Shown in pieces: positions 12,252-26,223 of a stretch of 64,000 nt of DNA. This DNA is from Cenococcum geophilum. Taxonomy: Eukaryota. The position numbers and the translations under genes are program-made. Positions within the stretch are counted from its first letter, which is position 1. Each line of letters opens with the position of its first letter. The notes beneath the pieces are model-generated. The model saw nothing but the letters and a program-made list of their open reading frames with translations. It was not told the origin of the DNA and ran no database searches. Location of the stretch: NCBI GenBank assembly GCA_050273025.1, contig CP158636.1, positions 8,742,001 to 8,806,000 on the forward strand, given 5' to 3'.

Positions 12252-12829
12252 CGCTATAGTCATGGAACTTCTGAGTTACAATACAATTTTAATGCAGCTA
12301 TGAATTTATTTTCAACCACCAGCCGGCTCAGATCCATTTATTGCCATGGAATGTGCGATCTTATAATTTACGAACGTGTGCAGACTTTACAAATGGCGAT
12401 TGTTGTTATGAGAGGCCTAAGTGATACCTAGTTAAGGGCTTTGAACGAACCCAGCGCTGGTATCCCTAGTTCACACACAATTTACAAGATGCCGCCATCA
12501 CGAGCAGACCCACATTACATATCTTCATCATCCAGCATATCGTCTTCGCAGCTCTAGGGCGTGCTTATCCAAATACTACCGTAGCCCCATATTTCGGGGC
12601 AACCGGCTAGCTGGCGTCAGCGGTACAGTACAAGCCTAAACAAGGGAGAAGTTCCATAAATCATTGACACATATAAGACCTCCTGTATCTCTCCCCTTGT
12701 TCCGAAGGGTTCTACTCCTTACTTTTCGAAATGGCGGGCCTACAGGCGAACGCCCATCCTCCAGCGTCCGCGTTGTACCCATTAGTCTCTCACAAGAGAT
12801 CTTGACTTCTGCGAAAGTCATCGGCAGTT

Positions 12830-13560
12830 ACTTGTCTGCCAATGGATATCCCTAACTCTCTTTCTCTCCAAATGCTCCAGCAGCAGCACCCGCAGAACAT
12901 AACTGGAAAGGACTCGGGGCTGGCCTTGTGGTTGATGTGAGTTATCAAGCCTTATTTCAATAAAAATTCTAACATTTACAGGTCGGAGGATCGGTAGGTC
13001 ATGCTAGCATTGCAATCGCAAATGCGGCTCCCAAGCTCTAGACCATTGTACAAGATCTCCCTGAAATCTTCCAGGGCAAAGCAGCGCTGCCAGCAGCATT
13101 GAAGGATAGGACCACTTTCCAAGCCCACGATTTCTGAACCCCACAACCGGTCAAGGATGTAGATGTGTATTTTATCCGTTTTGTCTTCGCGACCATTCGG
13201 ATGATGACGCTGTCAAAATTCTGCGAAATATTGTCCCGGCAATGAAACATGGTGCAAGGCTTGTGGTGATGGATACCGTGCTTCCCTAGCCAAACACCGT
13301 GGGGCAAAGTGAAGAAAGACTTCAACGGTATGTTGTTCTAGGTGTAGATGTTAAATAAAAGCAAGCTAACCTAGAACAGCATCCTAGATCTTCAGATGAT
13401 GAATTTTTTCATGAGGGCGAAGGAAAGGGAGATTGACGACTGGAGAAAGATTTTCAAGAATGCTGATCAAAGACTGGAGGTACGGAGGGTTGTCGCGCTG
13501 CCAGAGAGCGCGATGTCTCTGATAAAACTTGCGATCAGCGGGAATGATCCGGAATAGAGT
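12830..13560 (+). pseudogene. O-methyltransferase (Methyltransf_2 type) pseudogene fragment
   Basis: LVVD|VGGSVGHASIAIA...IVQDLP...FQAHDF*TPQPVKDVDVYFIRFV. In-frame stops TAG 13039-13041 and TGA 13135-13137, followed by frameshifts. The N-terminus is missing. Confidence 0.85.
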
Positions 13561-13849
13561 AAAAATGATTATGCGGCAAAGGCACATATAAATGATCTTT
13601 CGTAGCAGTGTAGCTAGTTCCTGAAAGCAACGTTAAGAGATATGAAGAGCCCTAAAAGACTGTGAGACGCAGTAGAGACATTCAGTCCAAGATCGTGCAA
13701 AAGGTGCTCCCAATCGATTATTGATAACTGCGGTTGTTGCTAATGGACACGAGGCAGTATATGGTTGTTCTTTGTGGCGGTCAATGCGTGCTTGGCAACT
13801 TTGCAACAAAGCCGACATATTAGAGTGAATATCTCAATAAATCCATTCA

Positions 13850-14901
13850 GAGCGATTCTAAGTCCGCCTATGACGATGCGTAGGTCTCAGCGCACTCCTG
13901 CTCAATTTTCCTGTATATCGACTTACAGCCTCAAGTCAAAGCTATGCCACCTCCCTTAACTCCAGCGTCCAGGGCTATCCGTTGGAATATTGACGACGCT
14001 ACTACAAGCACCGAGCAGGCTGTAAGCTTGCTCCGCGACCTGGATTAGCCTGATTGCTCTTGAATTAATTACTAGAATTTAGCATACAACTTTCCCAATG
14101 ACGAGAATGAACAAGATCGCTTTGATATTACGCATGCACTCTTCACTGCGGCACAGGGAGGAAAGCTACACCTCTGTCCGAAACCCCTGAGCTCTTCGAG
14201 AATATTGGATATCGGGACCGGAACGGGTATATGGGCCATTGATACGGGTGACTTGTACCCCCGATGCCGAAATAGTATGCAATTCTTCCTCGCCTCCGAC
14301 CTGCATAAAGTTAAATCAGCGAAGATAGGTAACGATTCCAGCACCATCCAACCAAAATAGTAAGCCAAGCCAAGTTCCCATTTCCCTCCATTTCCCTCGC
14401 CAAAAAAAGAACCCCTGAGCACACCGAAAACTCCAAAACTCTACGAATCAACAAATCTAGGGTTCTCCAATATGTCTCCTTCGAATTTGACGATGCCGAA
14501 TCCGATAGGCCTATTCGACCTCTGTTCGGTCTTATCCACAGCCGCTACATGTCCGGCTCCAGGATTGGCCCGGTTTGATAAAACGCTGCTATGAGTGGCC
14601 CTTCCCATTTGGCAACCCAGCTCGGTCAGCGCTAACCCGGGCCTCCTTCACCCACCCTTCTTCTCACAGACACATCGAAGTCGGCGGCTGGTCCGAATTC
14701 CAGGACCTGGACGTCCGCCACTATTTTGAAGACAAGTCGATCGAAGAGGGCAACAAGGTGGTCGAGTTCATGAACTACATCATCGAAGCGTGCGACAAAG
14801 GTGGGCCATACGACGCTTCCTGGCCCGCGGACTTTCAGTGTTGGCTTGTTCACGCGAGTGTTGGGGCGGTCACCGGAGCGGGTTCAATTATACCTCGCTG
14901 A
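13850..14901 (+). pseudogene. Class I SAM-dependent methyltransferase (LaeA-like/TAM-domain type) pseudogene
   Basis: YPLEY*RRYYKHRAG, AYNFPNDENEQDRFDITH...RILDIGTGTGIWAID, FEFDDAE, WPGLIKRCY, GGWSEFQDLD. Stops and frameshifts throughout. Confidence 0.85.
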
Positions 14902-16030
14902 GGTACGGAGGGATATGAAAAAGAGGGATGCGCATAAGATGTTGAATTAGTAAGTTTCTAAATGTATTATGAGCTTGGGCTCATAGGAAATTGTGTTCCA
15001 AAACCCTCCGCAGTAGAGAGGCTGTGTGAGCTTCTCTTCTTTCTATTTCCCCTTTGCGAAATTGGAGTTAGTCATGTTGTTTGGGGCCAGCGAACGGAGT
15101 GAATATTGGCCTGGGATAGGTTAAACGGCCGGGTGGGGACTGGAGATGATGTGTACGATTAATGGGTTATGATAGTAGTTCTCGAAATGGATAAACTATA
15201 CTTAGAATGAAATAGAGAGTCGGAGCCCTTACCAAAAGTTCGAACATAGATCGTTATGCCCTGTTAGTCTAAGCAATGAAATAGAACTCATATAGATCAA
15301 GGTTCAGTCAAGATAGATTTTACATGCCGTGTAGAGATAGATCTTGCTAGAGACAACCCTAGGTTCCGTGAACGTCTATAATTGCGTAAAGATACTAGAT
15401 CCGCTCCGAAGTGGCCGGTAACACCGAGTACTATCGTATTAACAATGATGATGGCCTTCTGTTAAGTCGCTGATATTTCAATCAGCGATTGAGCCAGGCC
15501 ACAGAAGATGACAGAAGAGAGGAGGTAGAGCCCAGACATTACGCAGATTTAAACGATTCGAAACCACGACAAACAATTGAACTACGACATGGGAAAAGAA
15601 ACGAATATTGCATTATCTCGGGAGAGGTGAAGACAGTCTCAAGCCGAACGAAATCATCGATCCAATTCAATTAACAGGAATAAAGACAATTCGCTTTTAC
15701 GCTTCACGCAACCTTACCCGCCAAAATGAGGAAATAAAGAAGAGTTGATAGGGATAGAAGCCCTTAGACCTCCCAGGCGAAGTGGGGTATAAGTTTATCG
15801 AAAAGACCGAATCCACCCATTTGTTCAAATATCAATCCAGAAGTCACTGCCACACACCATAATATACACATAAACAAATTAAACTCATAACCGAAAACGC
15901 CAATGATAAGAGAATCCAGCTAAGGCCCACCTTTCCCAAAGGAAAATCATGTATACCATGTCATCAATACATCGCTTATTCCAATATTGAGCCAAATGAT
16001 AGATAGAGAAGAGAATATAAGGGGGAATAT

Positions 16031-19000
16031 TTATGAACCCGGGGGTGTCAACATTTCCATACATTTTGTGAGTAGATTGGAAGCCTCGTGGAGCAACTCC
16101 CACCTTGTCTTCTTGAACATGTCGCGGACGAGAATCAGCATTCCTAGACAGGCGTTTCGGTTGGGCATTTTCGCAAGGTCATCCGGTGCACGGACCCCAC
16201 CCACTCGTCGTAAGAAGCCTTGCATATCGCGAACTTTGTCCTCATGTGTTATAAGTTTGTACGGCGATTTAACAGGTCCATCGAGCGCATAGCCGTAAGA
16301 CCATACAATCAGCGTTGCAAAATACAGCACCCAAGGTCGGTTGAGCAGGAAATCATCTCGAGCTGAGTAGTCGAAACCGGCGGACGATGTCGAACCGCCC
16401 GGTGGCGTGTGCTCGTCCAGAACAAGGACGGTGGACAGGAACCTGAGAGCATAGAAGGTCGCATCCCGAGCACGAGCGGTGGGAGCCCATGTTTCTTTCA
16501 TGCGCTTTTGCGCTCCGTTATAGTCCTGCGGTGTGATGGACCTTCCCAGTAATCGGGTAGCGCCCGCATAAATCTGGCAATCCACAATATCAACATGCAT
16601 TGCCATATGGGCCATATGATGTAGGACTGTCCGGCTCTCGAACACGTTATCATCGTCCAGTCCATTGGAGTACAGATAAGCGTTTGGAGCAGAAAGATCG
16701 TTAGGTTTGGCGAGAGAAGCATCGAAATCTTGTTTCCAGAAGTCGAAGGCTCTTGTAAGAGATCCTCTCCACTTGTCTCGTCCTCCTAGTGCTTGCGATA
16801 CCCCAAGCGAGCTGACTTGCAGGTCTCGCTGATTCATGTGCCAGGATACGCTTAGAAGGCCGGCCATCAATATAGTTCGTCCGAAGGAGTTGGTCCGCAC
16901 ACTCTGTCCATTTAGCGTCTTTTTCAATCCATCCAAGAAGGTTGTTGGTTTGATGCCATTCGCGTGAAGGCTAGCTTCGACTCTGCCTACTTCTGAGCTG
17001 CTTGTGGCAGACCAGAGAGCTTCATCGCAAGGGAGCGGTAGTCGCATCTCATGAGCAACCATAACAGCTGAGTGGCCGAACATGGTTGCATGTATGGAAT
17101 CCATTACAAATGCTGCAAATGCCGCTCGTCGTGTTGCCTCATTAGTGATCCAGTGGTTCCACCATTCGTCTGGAGTATTGGCTCCAGATGTATGAATACT
17201 GTTCATGCCATTCTTAGCATCCTTGATGCTTGGCGGAGAATCCAAGGCAGACCTGCCGATTAGCGAAGAGCCTCTGCGCATTAGGGTGAGCGTCGTAGCA
17301 TGATGGATGTGAGCTCGCTCGTGCAAGGGGCGAGTGGAATACATCTTTTCAAATATTTCCAGAAGCAACAGCGCCTGGAAGATCCATAACTTCGCTGGTG
17401 GCCTGAAGTCGGCGTCCATAAAGATCTCCCAGCGTAAGTGCCAAGCAAGGAAAGCGGAGAGCTGTGAGCAGGCTTTCGTGGTCTCAAGACCGTAAGTCTT
17501 GTCAAGACATGATGCTCCCAGAGCCATAATAGCCAATAGCAGTAGATCAGGACATGACGCAGCATTGAATGTAGGCCTATGGAGAATGGGCAACTGTGGA
17601 TGGAAGTGAATCCAATATGAGCCGATGTACGTTTGCATCATATGCAAGCTGAGAACATGATGATCATCGTCCTTGTTGCCGTCACAGATCTCATCCTTCT
17701 GCTTTTTGACTGGTGTATGGTCGGTTTCGTTGAAGCGCCCCATGATGAGATCGAGGAGCTGTTGTCTCTTATCTTCAGAAAGGGCAGATTCCGGAAGACT
17801 GGTATCTAAAATACTATTGACTGCCATGGGGTGTTGTGGAGGCGCCGGCTGATTGAAGTAACCAGTTACAACTGGATCGTAATTGAAATAAGGTGCTTGA
17901 AGGCCAATCTGAGAAGCACCACCCATCATGTTGTTCGCGTTTCCGGATCCGGTGGGATAGCCCATAGGAGACGCGCCAGGGCCAAAGTTTGAGTCGTTGA
18001 AGAGCCATGCAGCAAAGTCGTCAGCCATGGCAAATGGAGAGCGACTGTAGCCTTCTCCACCAAATACAGGAATAGCATAAGACGGAGTCATATTTTCCAG
18101 TAGAGTCGCCTCAGATACGCCATTCATTCTAGTATCGGTCGATGAACTGTTTTCCATTCCGTTCATTGGCGTGGGTCCCGAAGTTCCACTGTACGAAGCG
18201 TCGTGGTCTCTTGAAGTAGGCGTTTGACTCATGGTGGGAAATTCTGGAGGCGGCAATGTGGTAAATGGTGGAAAGTTTTGCTGTGTTTGATATCCGGCTG
18301 GTGAGGATGTTGGATATTGATTGTTTATTGGCGCAGAGGTGTTATACGACTGAGCTGGGGTTGTTGCAGAGTTATAAGGCGAGTTAGAGCCATAGGACGA
18401 TATATTGGAGGTTTGCGCTCGCAAGTCCGGCCGCGAGAAGTTTGTTCCATTGCTGAGATGTGGAGACATCTGAGGCCGTACATTGTTCAGTGAACCAAAG
18501 CTGGAATGTCGAGGCGGGGGACCATAATTCCCCATATTTCTTGATTGGGCATTAGCCATTTCATAAGGTTTTGCATCATTGCCGCGGTAGCTGTCATCGC
18601 TTCTCGTTCTATTCAATGGGTTTGGTGCTTGCCTCGTTGCAATATCTGAAGCCGGAGAATGTAGGGTTGGGTCCAAGGGTGGAGAAACCTCGGAACTTGC
18701 GGTGGCAGAGCTGGGACCGGCAGAGGCGGGAGATTGGACCATGAAAGTCTTTTCCGATGGCCCTTGCGGGATCTGTGGGTGGGGTCAGTAAATTTCGAGA
18801 ATTCCCGCATTCATGTATCTTACCGTGGGGGAGTTTTGAGCCTTGCCAAGCTTCGCAGCAGCGGTTTTGGGGGCCATTGCGGCGGTCACAATAGGATTGA
18901 TGTTGTGCATGAAGGTGTCTTTTCGCAGAAGCTGAGAGCCTCTAGCTGTATGTCGTTCCTTGTGTCGCGCGCAAAGGTCCTGTCGAACAAAAGACCGGTG

Positions 19001-19585
19001 GCATTCAGGGAAGTCGCAATGGTAGATTTGTTTTGGATTGTCTGGGGATGGCATGCGTTAGACATAGATTTGCAATTCCCACACGAGGAAAGTTCCAAAA
19101 GGAATGGGCAATGGTCAACTCCAGAAGCATACACGATCAGATGGGGGGATAGCACGATTGAATGGTCACGAATGCTTCGGTCTCGAAGCACTTTTTCTTC
19201 CGGAGCGGCGAATCATGAGCAGCCAGGATGAGTGCAACTTACGATTGAGCTGGTGCCTGTACAAGTGTTCTGCTCGAGAATAACTCTTGCCGCAGCCCTC
19301 ATGGGGACATTCGAACTTCTTGTCCAGTCCTTTTCGGCTTCTTCTGCGTTTTCTCGAGGAGCCTCCTGCGTCGCCTCCATCTTCGCCGTTATTGTCCGCA
19401 TCCATGCTGTCTCCATTCTCATTCTCTCTATTACGACGCCTGCCTCGAGCTTCGTCCTTGCCCGGTGAGGCGGGAGTTGGAGGCTCGATGGCTGGCGTCT
19501 CCATCTTCGCGGGTATCATGGACTCGAGACTTTTTCCGAAATCCGACGGGTGCCCTGCGTGCATGGAAAGAATTTGCGCCGTCAT
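16031..19585 (-). CDS. Transcription factor with two C2H2 zinc fingers and a fungal-specific TF domain (Zas1/Klf1-like)
   Basis: Exons 19585-19243, 19041-18824, 18772-16031. Fingers CPHEGCGKSYSRAEHLYRHQLNH and CDFPECHRSFVRQDLCARHKERH. Fungal_trans motifs YWIHFHPQLPILHRPTF and LPLPCDEALW. Confidence 0.92.
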
Positions 19586-20329
19586 CGCAGTTGTAAATTG
19601 TGCAGCGTTGTAGGAGTGAAGGGACCAGGTTGAGCTCGAGAAATTGTCGAGGCAGATTCCTTGCGGCGGTGGCCAACTTGGGGGCGTGGATGTCGCGTGG
19701 TGACTACAGCCCTAAGGGACAGAGGTGAAAGACGGGGTAAAGGGTTCGGAGGTCGGCGGGCATTCTAGTGCGGGTTGAGTAACACGAAACGGTGGGTTGA
19801 GCAGGTCGAAGGGCTGAACTCGTACAGCAATCTCAATGCCTGGACGGGCTGGTGGAGATCACGGGATTGTCAGGTCCAAGCTGGAGAGCCGAGAGGGCTG
19901 GAGAGTTTGAGTTTGGATTTGGGTTTGGGTCAATGCTGGTGGTGGTGCTGTAAGGCGCGTGGAGGGGTGAGGATCGATAATCGCTCGCGCGGTGGACTCC
20001 GCTGCCAGATGACCTGCAGGAGCCAACGCTACTGGCTGGGGGAGCGGGATAATGACGAGTTGCCCGCAGAGGGCGAAACTCTTTTTTTGTGGAGGCCTTC
20101 ACCGGCCCAAATCAGGACGTGGGATAGAGAAGGTTGAAGGGGGGCGGAAGGAGGGTGGGCAAAGGCGATGAACACCAGGTCGTCTGGGTTGGAGGCGTGA
20201 AGGACTTGACAGGGCGGGAGAGAGAAGCCCAAGGGATCTCCGCCGCAGCCGCCGATAAAGGTCGGCGGATCGCCGTCCGGGGTGCTCTTCAATTTGGGTT
20301 CATTCGCGCAGCGAGCTTGGATGGTGGGT

Positions 20330-20815
20330 AATGCCGCTACAGACATGGCTGCGGGCATGGCTACACACATGGCTACAGGCATGGCTACAGGGTCGACAGT
20401 ACATACCAACTTCTTTGCCTACATACATACATACATACATAGGATGCGGTAGGTACATGTACATAGATGTCTTGTGCGCGCCGGCTGGCACCACACAGCG
20501 CAACGGGCAACAGCATCAAGGTACTCCATACAGTAGCAGTCACCTGCGCATCGAGAGAGCGAGAGCGAAAGAGGCTGCGGCGGGCGTAGGAAAGGCGGCG
20601 GTGCGGGCGCGCGCCCTCTCTCTCTTTTCCCCCCCCGTTTGCTTCACTGCTTTACTGCTAGCTACTGGCTACTGGCTACTGGCTACTGGCTACTGGCTAC
20701 TGGCTACTGGTTACTAGCTACTAGCTGTCACTCGCTGCAAAAGTACCGCAACCTGCTACCCAGGACAGCCCGGACAGCCCAGGACAGCCCAGGACCGCCC
20801 GGGACAGCCCAGCTG
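20330..20815. repeat. Cluster of simple repeats upstream of the TF: CATGGCTACA-type, (TACA)n, (CTACTGG)~7 and CCCAGGACAG-type
   Basis: Directly visible at ~20340-20390, ~20420-20440, ~20662-20712 and ~20760-20810. Confidence 0.85.
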
Positions 20816-22602
20816 CCTTCTACATGTACGACCAACAGCCGCAAAGGCCAAAAAGTGTGGAGAAGCGACCCTGACTGCCTTGGCGTGGGGGCGGTCAAGG
20901 CAGCGTGGGGTTTGCCCGCGGCAGATTGGGCCATGCCATCAGTAAAGGCCAGTAAAGTCTTCTCGTAAATTGTGGGCAATATCTACACATGAAGGGCCAC
21001 GGTCGTCGTCTGCCACCTGCCCACTGCGGTGGTGGGCCAGTTTCTGCAAGCGGGGCTGCACTCTGCAAAAGATTGCAGTAAAGCAGTCCGTGCCATCTCT
21101 CAGTGCGCTCCTCTTGCGTGTGTTTCGTGCTTCGCCTGCTTCGCCTGCTTTGAGTTGTTCGTGATGGGATGCCTCCTCTTCTCCTCCCTGGGCCAGATGC
21201 TTCCCTCCCCTCCCACCATCCCTTCCATCCCTCCGATCGCTCGCTTCCCTCCACTTCTCCTCTCCTTCGTATCAATCTCGGCGCGCTAGAGGCTTGGGAC
21301 GTGATACTCCTGTCTTGGCCGCTTTGTCTCTGCTTCCGGGCTATTACTTTATATCTTTTGTTGCCCCCCCGGCTCGGAGTCACACGAGATGATTCTCTTT
21401 TCACTCGATTGGATTCTTGGCCGCCGTTGCTTCTTCGCACCTTACTACTTTCTCTCAAGTTCGCCCGGCCCGTCGAAGCATCGAGGCGTTGCCGACGGCC
21501 CAATCAGGCATAACTACCCCAGATCAAAGGAGGGAGTCTGCAGGAGCAGCTAGGATTGGCAAGGAAGAAAGCGGCGGTCGTTGTGGCGTCTGCAAGCTCG
21601 CCAGCGTGCGATGCAATGTGCGGAAAAGCAGCGACCGCGGAGGGAGGGGGCCGCGAATCATAGCCATGTCGCATGTCACACTTGTCACATTTCGTTTGAA
21701 AAAAAACTTTTACTGTCTGCCGTTGCGTGATGTGGTGAAATCACTGGCTGTTCGGTATGCACAAGGCTTGAAGGTTGGTGGAAATAATAGGAGGGGAATA
21801 AGGGGATTCCCGCGGAGCTTGAGCTGCCAGACAACGAAAGCACGCGAGCTCGCCCTCCCAGCAGCGCAGGGCGAAGTCTGATTCTCTGCAGATTACTGTG
21901 GTGGACGACCTGCTGCTTTGGCTCGCAAACCTGAAATTGTTCGCTTCTCAATTAACTGATTGGTGCTAAATCCCCGTCCCAAGAGCCTGGATGTTGCCTC
22001 CATGGACGGCACGCTTTGGCCCATCGGTCCGGACGCGACGCCTTTCACGGCGGGAAACGGCGGAAAACGGCGAAAAAGCAACCGTTCCAGCCGTGGGTTT
22101 CATCATTTATCGACGACCCGTTGAGGCTCCTCTGCGCTAGACGCCACCTCACACCATGCTTCATTATTCTCACCGATCATTAAAATACGCCCGTCCAGCG
22201 CTCTGATCATTCACCAGGGGGGTTATTTGCGGAATTGCCAACTCCTTCTAGTGCACATCATCCAGCGCCCAACGACTTTCCCTACACACGACCGCAGTAA
22301 TTAATACCTTTTAGTTTTCTGCATTAGGAACGCTAGCAACCCTCCATTGAAGTCTACCCGTTTGTATTGGTCATCTCGGTCAATGTCTGCCAATGATTTT
22401 GACCAATCCTGCCGTCTTCTGACCGAGGGTCGTGAACACCTCGCCAGACGTGTACGTACGAATAGCGATGCTTGAACAGCTGTTCCTCCGGAATCATCTC
22501 GAATAGTCTGATTTGGTTGGCTCACCAAAATAATTCTGTGGGGTATTTCTTTACTAGTAATGATGTGCCGTTGCAAGGCAATGGACTATTATACACGTGT
22601 CA

Positions 22603-24122
22603 TTAATCTCCCTCTCCTGCGTCTCCAGCCGCGGACTTCTCTTTCTCCGCTGTCGCCTTCTCGACTGGTGCTTCAGCAGATGTTTGATCGGCACTACTTT
22701 TCTCCTCTTTTTCCGGCTGGGAATCTTCACCTTCGGGTGGACTTTGCCCTTCTGGCTCCGTAGTTGCAATCTGAGGTTGTTCCAGTTCAATCTCATCCTT
22801 TGCAGGATCGCCAGATTCATTTGCCACAACTGTCGGTTCCTCCTCCACACTCGGTTTCTCTACTTCAGGCTTTACCTCAGCTTCTGTCTTAGGCTCTGGT
22901 TCAGACTCAGGCCCTGGCGTTGGTATTGATTCCGACCCAGACTCCGACTCCGGCTTTGGTGCATCTTCTTTAGGTTGATGCTCCTCCTCTTCCTCATTCT
23001 CTTCTACAACAGTTGCAACGGAAGTAGCGCTAATGGAAGAAGTAGGCCTATGCCGCTTGGTTGTATTTCCCGAAGCTATAGTGGTATCCGCAGCGCCCTC
23101 AGGCCCATTCTCATTGGTCGCTTGTATCTGATCATCTTTCTGCAGGATTGTTGGTGGGTTCATTGCTGTTGATACAGGGGTCGAGTCGATGCCTTCAGCC
23201 TCCGACGGGATCGTGAAGTTATCCTCAGGGATTAGAGAATAAACGTCGCAGACAGTCTTGAAGAATATGTAGAGCCCGGATTTGTTTTCAACCTTCCAAA
23301 ACATGTCGCGATGTTGAAACCATGCGTGTGCAAATATCCGGTAGACACGACGAAAGATATTCGTAAGCTGCCGCACTTGCTGGTGCGCAGAGTTTGTCTC
23401 TGTGCCTAACGCTAATCTGCTCGGAAAGTGTTTCGGAGAAGTAAGGGTGTTGGCTGCCCAGTCTAGTGTGTGACAACAATAATCAATAGCGCAGCATGAT
23501 TTCGGAGGATCGTGGACGGCGCAGAGATATTGCCATTCTGATGCGCGCATTTCAGGGCAGGTTTGGGATGAGCATGGTGGGCTATCGGAGAAGAGAGCGA
23601 TTATTATGGAGTTGACCTTTTGTGTGAGGAATCTACACAGCTCATAGAGCCAGAGGGCCTTGTCGACGCCCTCTGGAGGTTGCGCCAGGCGGAGAGCCTT
23701 CTGCTTGTCGATAGGAATCGTAGTCGTACAACCTAAGGAATGAGTGAGGAAGTTATGTAGAGCTTTGAGATGCTCCGTCAACTGGAAAGCAGAATCTATC
23801 TATAAATCTAGAGTCAGCTGTGATGTCCTTTGACCACTTGAACGCGACAGCTGCAGGCGAAATCTGACAGGGCTTGAAATGCGCCTGTACATGTAACCAT
23901 CTACTAGCTCACCTCTATTAATTCTACCAGAGGAGGACCCTCTGCCATATCTGCGGCCTTTGTTCCAGGACGTATCCTCCTCGAAGCGCCATGGTCGACA
24001 CTGCTGAACAGCTTGCCCTGTTCTTCAGAAGCGGCTATGGGTGATTTTGGACCAATTTGATCCTCGGCGATGGGAGGGGGACTTGGGAGGCGGGGAGAGC
24101 TCGACGGTGAGACGCCCGCCAT
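22603..24122 (-). CDS. mob3: Mob1/phocein-family protein (Mob3/MOB4, STRIPAK subunit)
   Basis: Exons 24122-23913 and 23799-22603. Motifs LWLYELCRFL, CPEMRASEWQYLCAVHDPPKSCCAIDYCCHTLDWA and FRRVYRIFAHAWFQH. Confidence 0.93.
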
Positions 24123-24733
24123 CGTGCTCTACTGCTGCCCAAAGCCAAGTGCTGTTCAGGTTACGGTAGGGGAGAGGGCAGTTCGGTGCTGTGCCTGTTG
24201 ACGCCAAAAAGAGCTGTCGAGGTGCGGTAGTCGGATTTCGGTGAGGCTAAACCTGAACCGACTTAGGGCCTCGAGACACCAGCGGTATCACTCTGCATGC
24301 TCTTTTCTATATCTCTTGAAATAAAAAGTGTACACATATTTAGCGCTATAAAGCTCATCGGTAAAACTTCCTAATAAGTTAGTCTTTGGAAGAGCTTTTG
24401 CAAATTTTATGCTCGTCTCCGCTGCACTAGTCAACTCCGTAATAATTTGTCGGCATAGTCTTATATTTCTTCGCGTATTCTTATATCCGACCCTCGAAAC
24501 TTCTTTTATTGACTTGTTTACTAACCTTTATACTTAGAGAAAACGGTCAGAGTACTTCGGTAGGTTCTGTTTGTAATTTTCTATCATTCTTTCAAAGTAT
24601 CTTGACCCTCGAACTTCACTCGCTGTTCCCCAAAGACATCTCTTTTACTTACCGTTGAAAGAATCCCAAGCTACAGGATATACTGCTAGATACTTGCTCT
24701 CAGCTTTTCTAGACCCAGCCACGCTGAGTCACT

Positions 24734-26223
24734 ATGAACCTAGACATTGAGGAGGAAGAAGCTCCCCCGCTTTTGTTTGCTTCGGGAGAGGAGAATGTAG
24801 GGCCTGAGACAGAAGTGAACGAGCTGTCCGTTCTCAAAGTACCTGTTACCATAATTACTGGTGTGTCCTCTGCCACTATGCTTGACCTATTTTGATGGGA
24901 ATTTGTAGGCTACCTCGGCGCTGGAAAGACTACACTAATGAATTACATCCTGACGGAGCGCCACGGGAAAAAGATAGCAGTAATATTAAACGGTTGGCAC
25001 ACTATCTCCTGAACCTTACAGACTCATTCGCTAATACCGCTGAGCAGAATTCGGTGACTGTATATCTCCTTTTTCTCTTCTCATTTCCTACTTCACTAAC
25101 GGAACACCCACAAAAGCCGTCGATATTGAAAAATCCCTTACAGTCTCCAAGGACGGCCAGCAAGTAGAAGAATGGCTCGAATTAGCAAACGGCTGTATAT
25201 GCTGTTCAGTCAAGTCCGTTTTTCTCCCACTTTTTCTCCCACTTTTTCTATTACCTCTTAGATCTGACTCCTTTCTCAGAGACTCCGGCGTTGCCGCCAT
25301 CGAAGCTCTAATGGAGCGGCGTGGCGCCTTCGACTACATTCTTCTCGAAACTACCGGGCTTGCTGACCCAGGCAATATTGCCCCACTCTTTTGGGTTGAT
25401 GAAGGACTAGGTAGCACGATCTGCCTTGACGGCATCGTCACACTTGTCGATGCAAAGAACATCCTAAAAAGCCTCAACGAGAAGCCCCCATCAACGACCC
25501 CTGGTCATCAAGAACATAGCAATGAGAAGCACGAAAACCCTGAGCTCACAACTGCACACTTGCAGATTTCTCATGCCGACGTTGTAGTCATTAATAAAAG
25601 CGATCTCGTCACTGAAGCCGAGCTCGCACGTGTTCGAGAACGCATCCAAGCAATCAACGGGCTTGCAAAACTGCACGTAACATTCCGGAGCCGGGTCCCG
25701 CAGCTCGAAGGTGTGCTGCTTGACCTCCACGCCTATGACTCTGTCGTCGCAAGCGAACTAGAATTTGCGAGTCGAGGACACAGCCATCTAGATCCGGTGA
25801 GCCTTACTCATCACACTTATATCACCCCTAGTTGAAACCTTGCGAAGATGTGCTAACACATTCTAGACAATATCCACAGTCACGCTGCCGGTCCCAACCT
25901 TAGAAGCGGAAAAACTGGAGGCACTCGACGCATGGCTCCGTGCAGTACTCTGGGAGTCCACGCTTCCGCTTCCCACGCCTTCTGAACTCGCAGCTGCCTC
26001 TTCGAAGTTTGAAATCCACAGGCTAAAAGGACGTATACAGCTTACTAATGGCTCTGTGAAGCTCTTGCAAGGTGTGCGGGAGGTCTTTGAGCTAATTGAC
26101 GAGGCAGGTAGCCCACGTGGTTCCGAAGGAGATAGAATGGAGGTATACGGAAAAATCGTGCTGATAGGGCGAGGGTTAGGCGAGAAAGCGTTCAAGGAGA
26201 GTTTAAGATTAGCCGTTGGATAA
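24734..26223 (+). CDS. CobW/COG0523-family zinc metallochaperone GTPase (ZNG1-like)
   Basis: Exons 24734-24860, 24909-24992, 25048-25059, 25117-25213, 25280-25796, 25867-26223. Motifs [37 protein letters not shown] and a CobW_C domain (IHRLKG...LQGVRE...IVLIGRGL). Confidence 0.93.

Noticed and set aside
19775..22081. Numerous short ORFs upstream of the TF
   Set aside because: Low complexity, repeat-derived or GC-driven, with no recognisable domains or splice structure.
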